NCBI GenBank assembly: GCA_030639005.1
Contig: DAOWDN010000164.1
Coordinates: 17,369-81,368, forward strand
DNA from: Bacteroidia bacterium
GTDB lineage: Bacteria; Bacteroidota; Bacteroidia; Bacteroidales; GCA-2748055
Length of the DNA: 64,000 nucleotides
Reading direction: 5' to 3'
The translations under genes were made by a program, and so were the position numbers. Position 1 is the first letter of the stretch. Each line of letters begins with the position of its first letter. Shown one piece after another: positions 16,604 through 26,633 of the stretch. The notes under the pieces were generated by a model, which was not told where the DNA came from, searched no databases, and saw nothing but the letters and a program-made list of their open reading frames with translations.

Positions 16604-18589
16604 TTATTCTCTTGGTTTGTGATAATGACAAAAATTCTCACTCTCCAAAATCTTGATTTTACATGAATTACCTTTAGAGTTTGTTGCACCACAATATTTG
16701 AATTTCTGTTCTTCTTTCTTGCTTCCTGGTGTAATCTCCGTTTCTTCTTTTCTTTTCTCTTTGAAGTCAACCTTTCCCCCATTCACAACTGTTGCGGAAT
16801 GTTTAAATTTGGATTTCGTAACAGGTTCATTTCCTGATATCCACTCCCCAACGTCCTCCGGACTCAAGCCTGGCAGATCAAGTTTATTTTTCTTCTTGTA
16901 CCCGTTGAGGTCATTGGCCAGTTTTCCAGGCTTCTCCACCTCTTTCAACTTCTCGATGGTGGTATACCCCAGCTTCTGCAAGGGTTTGATCCATTCAGCA
17001 GGTACTCCAAGTGCCAGGTAATCTTCCTTTTGACTTTCGGCTTTTGGCTTTTGACCTGCTTCGGGTTTCATTTGCGGGAAGAAGAGTACCTCCTGGATGG
17101 AGGTCTGATTGGTCATCAGCATAACCAGGCGGTCCATGCCCATTCCCATTCCGGCGGTGGGGGGCATGCCGTATTCCAGCGAACGGACAAAGTCCATATC
17201 GATAAACATCGCTTCGTCGTCTCCCTTTTCGGAGAGTTTCAGCTGGTCCTGGAACCTCTCCAGCTGGTCGATGGGGTCGTTCAATTCGGTGTAGGCGTTG
17301 CAGATCTCCTGGCTATTGACAATCAACTCGAAACGTTCGGTCAGTTCAGGGTTGTCACGGTGCTTCTTGCAGAGAGGTGACATCTCTATGGGGTAGTCTG
17401 TGATAAAGGTGGGCTGGATCATATGGGGTTCAGCCTTTTCACCGAAGATCTCATCGATGATCTTTCCTTTGCCCATGGTGTCGTCCAGTTCCACGTTCAG
17501 GCAGTCGGCCACATCCCTCAGACCTGCCTCGTCCATGCCCGCGATATCATACCCGGTACTCTCTTTGATGGCGTCCAGCATGGTGATCTTTTTGAAGGGC
17601 CGTTTGAAGTCGATCTCCTGGTCTCCTACCATTACTTTGGTGGTTCCGTGGAGGTCAAGGGCCACCTTTTCGATCATCTCCTCGGTGAAATCCATCATCC
17701 ATTTATAGTCCTTATAAGCCACGTAGATCTCCAGGATAGTGAACTCGGGATTGTGGGTCCGGTCCATTCCTTCATTGCGGAAGTCCTTGGAAAATTCATA
17801 CACTCCGTCGTAACCACCCACAATCAGCCTTTTCAGGTAGAGCTCGTTGGCGATGCGCAGGTAGAGCGGAATATCCAGGGAGTTGTGGTGGGTAATAAAT
17901 GGTCTGGCTGCGGCTCCACCCGGGATGGGCTGCAGAATGGGGGTCTCCACCTCCAGGTATCCCCTCTCATTAAACAGTTCCCGCAGGGAGTTATAGATCT
18001 GGGTCCGCTTTCTGAACAGTTCTCTCGATTCGGGATTGATAATCAGGTCCACATACCTCTGGCGGTACCGGTATTCGGCATCGGTAACCGCATCATACAC
18101 CTTTCCGTCAGCTTCTTTAACAATGGGCAGGGGCCTGATCGATTTGCTCAGGATCACCAGCTCTTTCACATGGGCCGTGATCTCCCCGGTTTGTGTACGG
18201 AACGCGAATCCCCTGATCCCGATAATATCCCCAATATCGAGCAACTTCTTAAAAACAGTATTGTACAGGGTCTTGTCTTCGCCCGGACAAAGCTCATCTC
18301 TGTTCAGGTAAATCTGGATCCTTCCCGAAGCGTCCTGGATCTCTGCGAATGAAGCTTTCCCCATGATGCGCCGGCTCATGATCCTTCCAGCCAGGGAGAT
18401 ATCCTGGAGCGCTTTTTCATCAGTCTCAAAAACAGATAAGATTTCGGACGAAAGGTGACTGATCTTAAAGGTTTCGGGCGGGTAGGGATTGTAGCCTAGT
18501 TTCTTAATCTCCTCCAGGGAGTTACGCCTGATTTGTTCCTGTTCACTGAGTCCTGGATTTTGCATTTTTGATTTTATTTTTCCGCTCAC
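16604..18589 (-). CDS. lysS: Lysine--tRNA ligase (class II) with an unusually long C-terminal tail
   Basis: Class II LysRS motifs are [28 protein letters not shown] and [14 protein letters not shown]. About 151 aa follow the core's ...FFPQMKPE, and the last ~80 codons are AT-rich. Confidence 0.95.
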   Translation of the reverse strand: MSGKIKSKMQNPGLSEQEQIRRNSLEEIKKLGYNPYPPETFKISHLSSEILSVFETDEKALQDISLAGRIMSRRIMGKASFAEIQDASGRIQIYLNRDELCPGEDKTLYNTVFKKLLDIGDIIGIRGFAFRTQTGEITAHVKELVILSKSIRPLPIVKEADGKVYDAVTDAEYRYRQRYVDLIINPESRELFRKRTQIYNSLRELFNERGYLEVETPILQPIPGGAAARPFITHHNSLDIPLYLRIANELYLKRLIVGGYDGVYEFSKDFRNEGMDRTHNPEFTILEIYVAYKDYKWMMDFTEEMIEKVALDLHGTTKVMVGDQEIDFKRPFKKITMLDAIKESTGYDIAGMDEAGLRDVADCLNVELDDTMGKGKIIDEIFGEKAEPHMIQPTFITDYPIEMSPLCKKHRDNPELTERFELIVNSQEICNAYTELNDPIDQLERFQDQLKLSEKGDDEAMFIDMDFVRSLEYGMPPTAGMGMGMDRLVMLMTNQTSIQEVLFFPQMKPEAGQKPKAESQKEDYLALGVPAEWIKPLQKLGYTTIEKLKEVEKPGKLANDLNGYKKKNKLDLPGLSPEDVGEWISGNEPVTKSKFKHSATVVNGGKVDFKEKRKEETEITPGSKKEEQKFKYCGATNSKGNSCKIKILESENFCHYHKPRE

Positions 18590-18610
18590 AAAGGTATAAA
18601 AAAGATTATG

Positions 18611-18618
18611 TTAATTTT
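18611..18618 (+). promoter_or_regulatory. Candidate Bacteroidota -7 promoter box TAATTTTG for recJ
   Basis: Matches the TAnnTTTG consensus, 45 nt upstream of the recJ ATG in the lysS/recJ divergent gap. I saw no clear -33 TTTG element. Confidence 0.3.
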
Positions 18619-18662
18619 GCAGGAGGAGCAGGGACGCCTGCCTGTGAAATTGCCATTAAATC

Positions 18663-20378
18663 ATGAATAAAAACTGGGTTATAAAATCATCGGGTGATGA
18701 AAAAGTCATCAACTCCCTTTCCCGGGAACTCGGTATTGAAAGGCCTCTTGCCCAGTTGCTTGTCCAGCGTGGTATTACCACCTTCAAAGAGGCAAAGGAT
18801 TTTTTTAGATCCGACCTTTCCAACCTGCACGATCCGTTCCTGATGAAGGATATGGATGTGGCCATACAACGCATCCAGGATGCCATTCAGGCGGGAGAAA
18901 AGGTGCTTGTTTACGGCGATTATGATGTGGATGGCACCACTGCTGTTGCCCTGGTCTACTCCTTCTTTAAGAATCATTTCAAGGAGATTGATTACTACAT
19001 TCCCGACAGGTATGATGAGGGTTATGGAGTCTCTTTGAAAGGAATTGATTACGCATCACAGCATGGCTTCAGCCTGATTATTGCGCTGGACTGTGGCATC
19101 AAGGCTGTGGATAAGATCGACTATGCCCAGAAAAAAGGGGTTGAGTTTATCATCTGCGATCACCACAATCCGGGTGAAGATATTCCTGATGCAGTGGCTG
19201 TACTGGATTCCAAGCAGGATGGGTGTGGCTATCCCTATAAAGAATTGTCGGGTTGTGGTGTTGGGTTTAAGTTGATTCAGGCTTATGGTATTAAGACCGG
19301 ACAAGCTCCCGAATCCATTTACAACTTCCTCGATCTGGTGGTGGTTAGCATTGCTTCAGATATTGTTCCCATCACAGGCGAAAACAGGATCATGGCCCAC
19401 TTTGGTTTAAAAAAACTGAACGAAAAACCCTCCATCGGGCTGAAGGCCATCAAAGAGGTGGCAGGCATTGAATCGCAGAATATTACTATCGAGGATATTG
19501 TTTTTAAGATAGGGCCCAGGATCAATGCTGCGGGCAGAATGGAATCGGGGAAAAAGTCGGTGGATCTGCTGGTATGCGAGAATAGAAAAGACGCTGGGAT
19601 TATCAGCAAAAAGATTAACAATTTTAACCTTGACCGGAGAAGCATCGATACCGATATTACGCGGCAGGCCATTGAAATGATTCAGGGTGATGCTTCACAG
19701 AAAGAGCTTAACTCAACGGTATTGTATAATCCGGATTGGCATAAAGGGGTGATCGGAATTGTGGCTTCACGGCTACTCGACCATTTTTACAGGCCTACTG
19801 TGATCCTGACCAAATCCAACGGGTTTGCCACCGGGTCGGCCAGGTCTGTCAGCGGATTTGACCTCTACAAGGCTATTGAGTCATGCAGCGATTTGCTCGA
19901 GAATTTCGGGGGACATAAATATGCAGCTGGCTTAACCATGAAGATTCAGAACCTCCCGAAGTTCAGGGAACGTTTTGAAGAAATTGTGAGCGAAACCATC
20001 GATCCGGAAATGCTGATCCCTGTGGTAGAGATTGATACCGAGCTGCAATTGAAGGAGATCAATGAGAAATTTTACCGCATCCTAAAACAGTTCCAGCCCT
20101 TTGGTCCTGAAAATATCAGTCCGGTTTTTCTCTCCGAGAACGTGGTTGATAACGGGTATGGCAGGACCGTTGGCAACAATGGTGAGCACCTGAAACTTAC
20201 CCTCATACAGGAGGAGAACCCCTTTCAGGTATTTCCTGCCATCGGGTTTCACCAGGGTAACGATTTTAGCAAAGTAAATAAGGGGGCCCCGTTTGATATT
20301 TGCTATCAGCTGATGGAGAATGAATTCAGGGGCAGGGTCAGCCTCCAGATTCACCTGCTTGATACTAAGTTTGACTAG
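18663..20378 (+). CDS. recJ: Single-stranded-DNA-specific exonuclease RecJ
   Basis: DHH and DHHA1 motifs: VLVYGDYDVDGTTAVAL, IIALDCG, FIICDHH and GGHKYAAG. Confidence 0.93.
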   Translation: MNKNWVIKSSGDEKVINSLSRELGIERPLAQLLVQRGITTFKEAKDFFRSDLSNLHDPFLMKDMDVAIQRIQDAIQAGEKVLVYGDYDVDGTTAVALVYSFFKNHFKEIDYYIPDRYDEGYGVSLKGIDYASQHGFSLIIALDCGIKAVDKIDYAQKKGVEFIICDHHNPGEDIPDAVAVLDSKQDGCGYPYKELSGCGVGFKLIQAYGIKTGQAPESIYNFLDLVVVSIASDIVPITGENRIMAHFGLKKLNEKPSIGLKAIKEVAGIESQNITIEDIVFKIGPRINAAGRMESGKKSVDLLVCENRKDAGIISKKINNFNLDRRSIDTDITRQAIEMIQGDASQKELNSTVLYNPDWHKGVIGIVASRLLDHFYRPTVILTKSNGFATGSARSVSGFDLYKAIESCSDLLENFGGHKYAAGLTMKIQNLPKFRERFEEIVSETIDPEMLIPVVEIDTELQLKEINEKFYRILKQFQPFGPENISPVFLSENVVDNGYGRTVGNNGEHLKLTLIQEENPFQVFPAIGFHQGNDFSKVNKGAPFDICYQLMENEFRGRVSLQIHLLDTKFD

Positions 20379-22396
20379 AAGTTCAGGCGCAATTGCACTC
20401 CCGTTTCCCATTTCCGGTTTCCCTTCACCAGGTCGTTTCCAGATCCTGAGGTATCTCTGTTGTGGTAGGTAATTCCTGAGACTTTGGCCGACAGGGTGAT
20501 CCGGCGGATCGTTTTCATTGTCAGCAGAAGGGTGGTTTTCTGACCTGTTCCGTAGTAACATGGAAAACTGAAGCTATAGTAAAAACCTGGCGCGTGCAGG
20601 TAGATCCGGTTATCCCAGTCGTTTACATGAAACAGCACGAATTGAACAGTGCAATATACCTTACTCAAGGCTTGAAAATGCACCTGTTGCAATGCTGCAT
20701 AGGCGGGGACCGGTTTTTGTGTCGCTGAGAGGAGGGAGATTACCAACCTGGATTGCCATTTCAGATGTTTGCCTGTTTCGTATACCAAGCGCCAGTCGAA
20801 CCTGGTCACCCTGGACTTCTTTGTGGGTCTGACTCCGGTGGTCCCGTTAGCCGGTGTGGTTTGCCAGGTTTTGCTGACCATCCTGATTCTCCATTGTAAC
20901 TGGTTTATACCGGGATTCTGCAGGGAGAGATCGATCCTGTTTCCAGAGGAGGGAACAACAGTTTGATAGCGGGGGGAAGGGTATTTAAAAACCTCTCCGG
21001 TGAAATCGGCCACAAGCAGACGGCCGGGCTCCATATGGAGGTGAAATGCCACACCCTGTTCGTTCTCTACATGGCTGCCAGATGCGTAGGAGGAGGGCAG
21101 GGAACCCCGGTATTCGGTGCCGTAATGGTGCGCCAGAATGCCACCCTGCAGAAAGTCATTGAAGTGAACCACGGTTCCCACCTGGCAAGCGATGGATTGG
21201 GATCCTCCGGCAGCCAGCTCCCCGAACAGTTGGAATCGTCCCCTCTGCCAGTTCCCGTGCAAACTGGCAGTCTGGTGTACCACCGGAGCGTATCTGTTTT
21301 TCAGGATTGTATCTCCTTTCCTGGTGATATCCATCCGTTCAGTTCCGGTCATAATACCCAGGGCAAACTCCCGGTGCCGGTAGAGAAGCTGGATCCCGCC
21401 GCTGATCCTGGCAGCCAGGTCGCGACCCTCAAGTTCACCAATGGTTCGATGCAGTCCGGTGGTCCGCTGATGTTCCCACCATCTTATCTCTCCCGGATCA
21501 CCGGCCAGGGATCCGGGTGAAAGATCCAGGAGACGGTGCGACGCCCATACCAGAAGCTGGAACCTGTTCCATTCCATCTGGCAACCCACTCCCCGTTCAA
21601 ACCTCTGTTCAGTTTTGGAAGCGTAAGGCCTGAGTATGGAGAGGGTCCGGCGGTTGACCCTGATGGAAGCGGGATGGTGGAAAAATCCGGTCCCATTGAC
21701 CAGTCCCATTCCATGGTTCAGCTGAAAGGTGCCGACCACCATCTGTTTGATGATGCGATTTCCCTGGTAACGTATATATCCTGACAAAAACTGGGGCGTG
21801 CCCTTATAAAAAGCTTTCTCTCCGGCATCCTTCTCATAGGTGAGTCCCAATGACAGGTGACTTCCTGCCTGTGACCTGATCCGGAGGGTGGTAAGCAGGG
21901 GGGACCCCGCATAGGCTTTTTTACCTTCACCAACCGGATCCACATGATAACCAGCGCTTTCAGGGAAAGTTTTGCCCATATTGATCATCACCATCTGTTT
22001 GCGCTGCTTTCTAAGTGGATCTTCGGGCCTTGAGTTGACCTCCAAATGTGGCTCCAGGCTGCGCAGTTTTGAGAGATCAAAACCTGGCAGTGCAGCCAGC
22101 TCGTAAATGGAGTAGATCGCTCCGAACCGGTCGCGGTACCTGAGCAACTGGTAAACCTGGTAAGGTGTAAATAGTCCGGATGCATCCAACTGTTCCGGTG
22201 AGGCACTGTTCAGGTTGAAAATAGTGCTGCCGGGTTCTTCATGCATATCAAACACCTCTTCCGGGATCACCGTGGTTTCGTTTCTGTATAGCAGCTCTTC
22301 TATCACCTGAGGATAGGAGCCTTTTTGCTGTGCAGGGAGAATCGCAGGAATACATACTGCAGCAAGAATATGGCAGATCTTCATGCTACCAGGCAT
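20375..22396 (-). CDS. Helix-hairpin-helix (ComEA-like) domain protein with a large predicted beta-barrel body
   Basis: It has a signal peptide and HhH-like repeats (NLNSASPEQLDASGLFTPYQVYQLLRYRDRFGAIYSIYELAALPGFD). A ~550-aa segment follows with alternating beta-strand-like sequence ending ...GVQLRLNF. Confidence 0.55.
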   Translation of the reverse strand: MPGSMKICHILAAVCIPAILPAQQKGSYPQVIEELLYRNETTVIPEEVFDMHEEPGSTIFNLNSASPEQLDASGLFTPYQVYQLLRYRDRFGAIYSIYELAALPGFDLSKLRSLEPHLEVNSRPEDPLRKQRKQMVMINMGKTFPESAGYHVDPVGEGKKAYAGSPLLTTLRIRSQAGSHLSLGLTYEKDAGEKAFYKGTPQFLSGYIRYQGNRIIKQMVVGTFQLNHGMGLVNGTGFFHHPASIRVNRRTLSILRPYASKTEQRFERGVGCQMEWNRFQLLVWASHRLLDLSPGSLAGDPGEIRWWEHQRTTGLHRTIGELEGRDLAARISGGIQLLYRHREFALGIMTGTERMDITRKGDTILKNRYAPVVHQTASLHGNWQRGRFQLFGELAAGGSQSIACQVGTVVHFNDFLQGGILAHHYGTEYRGSLPSSYASGSHVENEQGVAFHLHMEPGRLLVADFTGEVFKYPSPRYQTVVPSSGNRIDLSLQNPGINQLQWRIRMVSKTWQTTPANGTTGVRPTKKSRVTRFDWRLVYETGKHLKWQSRLVISLLSATQKPVPAYAALQQVHFQALSKVYCTVQFVLFHVNDWDNRIYLHAPGFYYSFSFPCYYGTGQKTTLLLTMKTIRRITLSAKVSGITYHNRDTSGSGNDLVKGNRKWETGVQLRLNF

Positions 22397-23225
22397 GGGT
22401 CAGTGAAGTAAAGGGAACTGTTCCGGAGGTGGTTCTGTACTGGAATGCAAATTGTATGATCCACCTGGAATGGAGCAGTGAAATACCCCATGAGAAAGTG
22501 AATGGTTTGTTTGAGAAACCTGTGCTCATCGATACACGTTTGTTGAGGTGCCACTCCACTCCTTCCACCAGGATGATTCCGTACCGGGGTTTTATATGGA
22601 CCTCGGAGTAGATGATTGCAGTTTGCAGAAAGGTGTAGGAAAAGCCGGCAGCAATCGCCATTCGGGGGGAAGAGGAGGGGAGCGATAAGGAGCTCCAGGA
22701 TGCAGGATGCAGTACATGAGCACCTACGATCCACTGCTGATTGATCGTGGCCCGGATGCCCAGGGCAAAGCTAATCCCGGTAGCGTATAAGGGCTGCTCT
22801 TCTATGCTGGAATTCCAGAGGTGAATCCCCATCCCTGCAGTGACATCCGGGTGCAGCTTCAGTCCATAGGAGAGCCAGAAAGAGGTTTGCCGGAGCCCTT
22901 TGATTCCCAGGGTGGCTATCTCTATCCCCAGCGCTCCGTTTCCTGTGACAAATTGGCCTGAGAGGGTAGACTGACCAAGTTCCCGGAGCAGATAGGGTCG
23001 GCTGTGCTGCAAAGTAAGCGAGTGTTGTTCCGGTACACCAAGACCTGCCTGGTTCAATCCCGCACAGGAGAAACCGGCCCTGGTCACATAGGCTCCGCCC
23101 AGAGCGGCCGAGGATGCCTCCGGCCAGGTATCCTGACCGGAAACGCATGGATGGATATGAAGCAAAAAAAAGACCGGGATCAGCAATCCCGGTCTTTTCA
23201 GCATCCACAAAGGTGGAGATATCAT
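22386..23225 (-). CDS. Putative outer-membrane beta-barrel protein (PorP/SprF-like size and pattern)
   Basis: It has a signal peptide, alternating hydrophobic strands and a C-terminal aromatic residue. It overlaps the downstream HhH gene by 11 nt. Confidence 0.45.
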   Translation of the reverse strand: MISPPLWMLKRPGLLIPVFFLLHIHPCVSGQDTWPEASSAALGGAYVTRAGFSCAGLNQAGLGVPEQHSLTLQHSRPYLLRELGQSTLSGQFVTGNGALGIEIATLGIKGLRQTSFWLSYGLKLHPDVTAGMGIHLWNSSIEEQPLYATGISFALGIRATINQQWIVGAHVLHPASWSSLSLPSSSPRMAIAAGFSYTFLQTAIIYSEVHIKPRYGIILVEGVEWHLNKRVSMSTGFSNKPFTFSWGISLLHSRWIIQFAFQYRTTSGTVPFTSLTHAW

Positions 23226-23232
23226 TTCATTG

Positions 23233-23745
23233 TCAGTTGGTTTTAAACTTAAACTTCACCTCCTTTAACTCTTCGTTGGCTTTCACTATCTTGGAGGCCA
23301 GGCTCTCCTTAAAAATCACCATCTTCTCCATGATAGCGGGATCACCTGTGCCTATAATCTGTGCAGCCAGGATCCCTGCGTTCCTGGCGCCATCCAGTCC
23401 AACAGTGGCAACGGGAATCCCCGGAGGCATCTGGAGAATACTCAGGATAGAATCCCAGCCGTCGATGGAGATGGAGGCTTTGATCGGAACCCCTATCACC
23501 GGAAGGGGTGTCAGTGCTGCAACCACACCTGGTAAATGCGCTGCTCCACCGGCTCCTGCAATAATCACCCTGATTCCCCTGCCTGCTGCATTCCGGGCAA
23601 AATCCATAGCCTGGTCGGGGGTCCTGTGGGCCGACAGGGCATTGATCTCAAAGGGGATCTCAAACTCATCCAGCAGCTTTGCCGCCTGCTCCATGATGGG
23701 AAGGTCTGAGGTGCTTCCCATGATAATACTGACTTTTGGATTCAT
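23233..23745 (-). CDS. purE: N5-carboxyaminoimidazole ribonucleotide mutase
   Basis: VSIIMGSTSDLPIM...SAHRTP...IIAGAGGAAHLPGVVAALTPLPVIGVP. Confidence 0.93.
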   Translation of the reverse strand: MNPKVSIIMGSTSDLPIMEQAAKLLDEFEIPFEINALSAHRTPDQAMDFARNAAGRGIRVIIAGAGGAAHLPGVVAALTPLPVIGVPIKASISIDGWDSILSILQMPPGIPVATVGLDGARNAGILAAQIIGTGDPAIMEKMVIFKESLASKIVKANEELKEVKFKFKTN

Positions 23746-23840
23746 ATATTAATGTTGTTTGAATTTGTTTATCAGCTAACGAATTTACAATTATTTTTTT
23801 TCTTGGATTTTGATGATTACTTTAATGTAAAATATAGCCT

Positions 23841-24383
23841 ATGGAGAGCCCGATGGTGAAAGTTCATGACAAACATTTTGAACCTTTTATTCCTGAAAAT
23901 GAGATACAGATTGAGGTAACAAGGATCGCGGAGGAGATGAATCGCGACCTGGCCAATAAGGATCCCATATTCCTTGGCATTCTGAACGGAGCCTTTATGT
24001 TTGCCAGCGATCTCTACAAACAACTGGCCTTTCCCTGCCAGATCACCTTTCTGAAACTGGCATCATACAGCGGAACCCAATCCACCGGAACAGTGAAGCA
24101 GTTGATCGGGATCAACCGGGAGCTGAAAGACAGGGTAGTTGTGGTTCTGGAAGATATAGTGGATACCGGGGTGACACTGGAGACGATTATCCGGCAGTTG
24201 TCGGGCTATCAGCCAGCCGAGATCCGGGTCGCCACTTTTCTTCACAAACCTAATGCTACCATAAAGAAGGTAAAGCTGGATTATGTGGGAATGGAGATCC
24301 CAAATGACTTCATTCTGGGTTATGGATTGGATTATGACGGCTATGGCAGAAATTTCAAGGAAATCTACCGTTTGGTGGATTAA
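23841..24383 (+). CDS. hpt: Hypoxanthine phosphoribosyltransferase
   Basis: PRPP-binding motif VVVVLEDIVDTGVTL, a size of 180 aa, and ILGYGLDYDGYGRN. Confidence 0.9.
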   Translation: MESPMVKVHDKHFEPFIPENEIQIEVTRIAEEMNRDLANKDPIFLGILNGAFMFASDLYKQLAFPCQITFLKLASYSGTQSTGTVKQLIGINRELKDRVVVVLEDIVDTGVTLETIIRQLSGYQPAEIRVATFLHKPNATIKKVKLDYVGMEIPNDFILGYGLDYDGYGRNFKEIYRLVD

Positions 24384-24398
24384 AGCAGTAAATCTTTA

Positions 24399-24406
24399 CT
24401 ATTTTT
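24399..24406 (+). promoter_or_regulatory. Candidate -7 promoter box TATTTTTG for adk
   Basis: Matches TAnnTTTG, 28 nt upstream of the adk ATG. Confidence 0.3.
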
Positions 24407-24433
24407 GGTGCGTTTAATAAATCTGAAAAAATA

Positions 24434-25009
24434 ATGTTGAATATTGTATTGTTTGGTCCTCCCGGATCGGGAAAAGGGACCCAGTCGGAAAAGGTGATTG
24501 AGAAGTACGGATTGGTGCATATTTCCACCGGTGACCTGTTAAGGGATGAAGTTGCTGCACAGACCGATCTGGGGTTGCAGGCCAAAGAGATCATGGACAA
24601 GGGAGAACTTGTTTCGGATAAGATCGTGATTGGTATGATCAGGAAAAAGCTTGATGAGCATCAGGGCGGTCCGGGTTTTATTTTTGACGGATTCCCCAGA
24701 ACCGTGAATCAGGCCAGGGAGCTCCGAAAGGCTCTCACCGATTATGATGAACGTGTGGGTGTAATGATTTCCCTGGAGGTAAGTCGCGAAGAGCTGGTGA
24801 AAAGGCTTCTGAAACGCGGCAAAGAGACCGGACGAACCGATGACAACCTGGAGACAATCAACAACAGGATCGATGTATATGACCGCCAGACCATTCCGGT
24901 AACCTACTATTACGATAAAATGCACAAGCATGCTGCCGTGGAAGGGACAGGCTCTGTGGATAAGATTTTTGAGCGTATTGTAGAGGTCATTAGCAAGGTG
25001 AAACCTTAG
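24434..25009 (+). CDS. adk: Adenylate kinase
   Basis: [34 protein letters not shown], followed by FIFDGFPRT. Confidence 0.95.
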   Translation: MLNIVLFGPPGSGKGTQSEKVIEKYGLVHISTGDLLRDEVAAQTDLGLQAKEIMDKGELVSDKIVIGMIRKKLDEHQGGPGFIFDGFPRTVNQARELRKALTDYDERVGVMISLEVSREELVKRLLKRGKETGRTDDNLETINNRIDVYDRQTIPVTYYYDKMHKHAAVEGTGSVDKIFERIVEVISKVKP

Positions 25010-25025
25010 CTGCGCATCAGCCTGT

Positions 25026-26021
25026 TTGCTTATGTCGAACACCAACTTCGTTGATTATGTAAAGATCTTTTGCCGTTCAGGAAAAGGAGGCAGCGGATCG
25101 GCCCACCTGCGCCGTGATAAACTCACGAGTAAAGGGGGGCCCGATGGTGGTGATGGGGGTAGAGGCGGACATGTGATTCTCAAAGGCAATCAACAGCTCT
25201 GGACTCTTTTACATCTGAAGTACAGAAGGCATGTTTTTGCCACCCATGGCGAGGGTGGGGGATCGTCCCTGAAAACAGGGGCAAGTGGTGATGACTCCTA
25301 TATCGAAGTTCCGCTCGGTACTGTTGCCAGGGATGTGGAGACCCATGAGATCCTTTTTGAGATTACTGCCCACGATGAGAAGAAGATCCTGATCCAGGGT
25401 GGCAGGGGAGGACAGGGCAATGATCATTTTAAGTCCTCCACCCATCAGACACCGCGTTTTGCACAGCCGGGCGAGGAGGGCGAGGAGGGGTGGTATATCC
25501 TTGAGTTAAAATTGCTGGCCGATGTGGGTTTGGTGGGTTTCCCCAATGCAGGTAAGTCCACACTGCTTGCGGCCGTCTCAGCAGCCAAACCAAAAATCGC
25601 TGACTATCCGTTTACCACCCTGGTACCCAACCTGGGTATTGTGAAATACAGGGATGAGCGCTCTTTTGTGATGGCCGATATTCCAGGGATCATTGAGGGA
25701 GCCAGTGAGGGGAAGGGGCTTGGGCACCGTTTCCTGAGGCACATTGAGCGCAACTCCATGCTGATGTTTATGATCCCTTCCGACAGCAATGATATCGGGG
25801 GGGAGTACAGGATTTTGTTAACGGAGCTGGAAAGGTACAATCCCGAACTGCTCGACAAACAACGACTGCTGGTCATCACCAAGTGCGACCTGCTCGACGA
25901 AGAGCTTACAGAGGAGATCAGGAAGGAGCTGCCATCGGTCAGTTATCATTTCATCTCGGCTGTGGCAAATATCGGGTTGGTGAGCCTTAACGATACCATC
26001 TGGCTTATGTTGAATTCATAA
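25026..26021 (+). CDS. obg: GTPase Obg/CgtA
   Basis: The Obg fold has the glycine-rich [30 protein letters not shown], and the G domain has [13 protein letters not shown] and TKCD. Confidence 0.95.
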   Translation: MLMSNTNFVDYVKIFCRSGKGGSGSAHLRRDKLTSKGGPDGGDGGRGGHVILKGNQQLWTLLHLKYRRHVFATHGEGGGSSLKTGASGDDSYIEVPLGTVARDVETHEILFEITAHDEKKILIQGGRGGQGNDHFKSSTHQTPRFAQPGEEGEEGWYILELKLLADVGLVGFPNAGKSTLLAAVSAAKPKIADYPFTTLVPNLGIVKYRDERSFVMADIPGIIEGASEGKGLGHRFLRHIERNSMLMFMIPSDSNDIGGEYRILLTELERYNPELLDKQRLLVITKCDLLDEELTEEIRKELPSVSYHFISAVANIGLVSLNDTIWLMLNS

Positions 26022-26029
26022 TTCTCACC

Positions 26030-26623
26030 ATGGATTGGTTACTACAACTTGACACCCGGATATTCCTGGCAATTAACGGTTTACATGGTGAAACCTGGGA
26101 TGGAATTATGTGGTGGATCAGCGGGAAAACCACCTGGTGGCCGTTCTATCTCCTTTTGATCCTGTTTATGGGCTTGAAAAAGAGGTGGCAGCTTGTACCC
26201 ATGCTGCTTTTTATCATCCTGGTGATTACCCTGGCGGACCAGACTTCGGTGCATCTTTTCAAAAATGTTTTTCATCGGCTAAGACCATGTCATGAGCCCA
26301 CGCTGCAGGGATTGGTGCACCTGGTCAATAATAAGTGCGGGGGAAAGTTCGGGTTCATCTCCTCCCATGCCGCCAATACATTTGGTGTGGCACTTCTGTC
26401 CCTGTTGTGGATCAGGAAGTGGTGGTTCACCGCAATTATGCTTACCTGGGCTTTCCTGGTGGCCTACAGCCGTGTCTACCTGGGGGTTCATTACCCGGGA
26501 GATGTGCTGGCCGGGGCAATCTGGGGCGCCGGATGTGGCTGGCTGGTTTACATGATATTTACGCGCATCCTCTCTGTGTTACCTGCGAAATGGTGGATTA
26601 CACAGGCATCTCCGGATCGCTAA
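26030..26623 (+). CDS. PAP2-family phosphatase (undecaprenyl-diphosphatase-like)
   Basis: Multi-TM protein with KNVFHRLRP, SSHAAN and SRVYLGVHYPGDVLAG, the three PAP2 motifs. Confidence 0.8.
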   Translation: MDWLLQLDTRIFLAINGLHGETWDGIMWWISGKTTWWPFYLLLILFMGLKKRWQLVPMLLFIILVITLADQTSVHLFKNVFHRLRPCHEPTLQGLVHLVNNKCGGKFGFISSHAANTFGVALLSLLWIRKWWFTAIMLTWAFLVAYSRVYLGVHYPGDVLAGAIWGAGCGWLVYMIFTRILSVLPAKWWITQASPDR

Positions 26624-26633
26624 AGTTTAATTA

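Noticed and set aside
17423-18352. 309-aa plus-strand ORF (and several shorter ones) inside lysS
   Set aside because: It is antisense to an unmistakable lysS CDS. Such long antisense ORFs are common in GC-richer coding DNA, and it has no recognisable motifs.
23114-23752. 212-aa plus-strand ORF overlapping purE
   Set aside because: It is antisense to purE, Ala/Pro/Ser-rich and without motifs.
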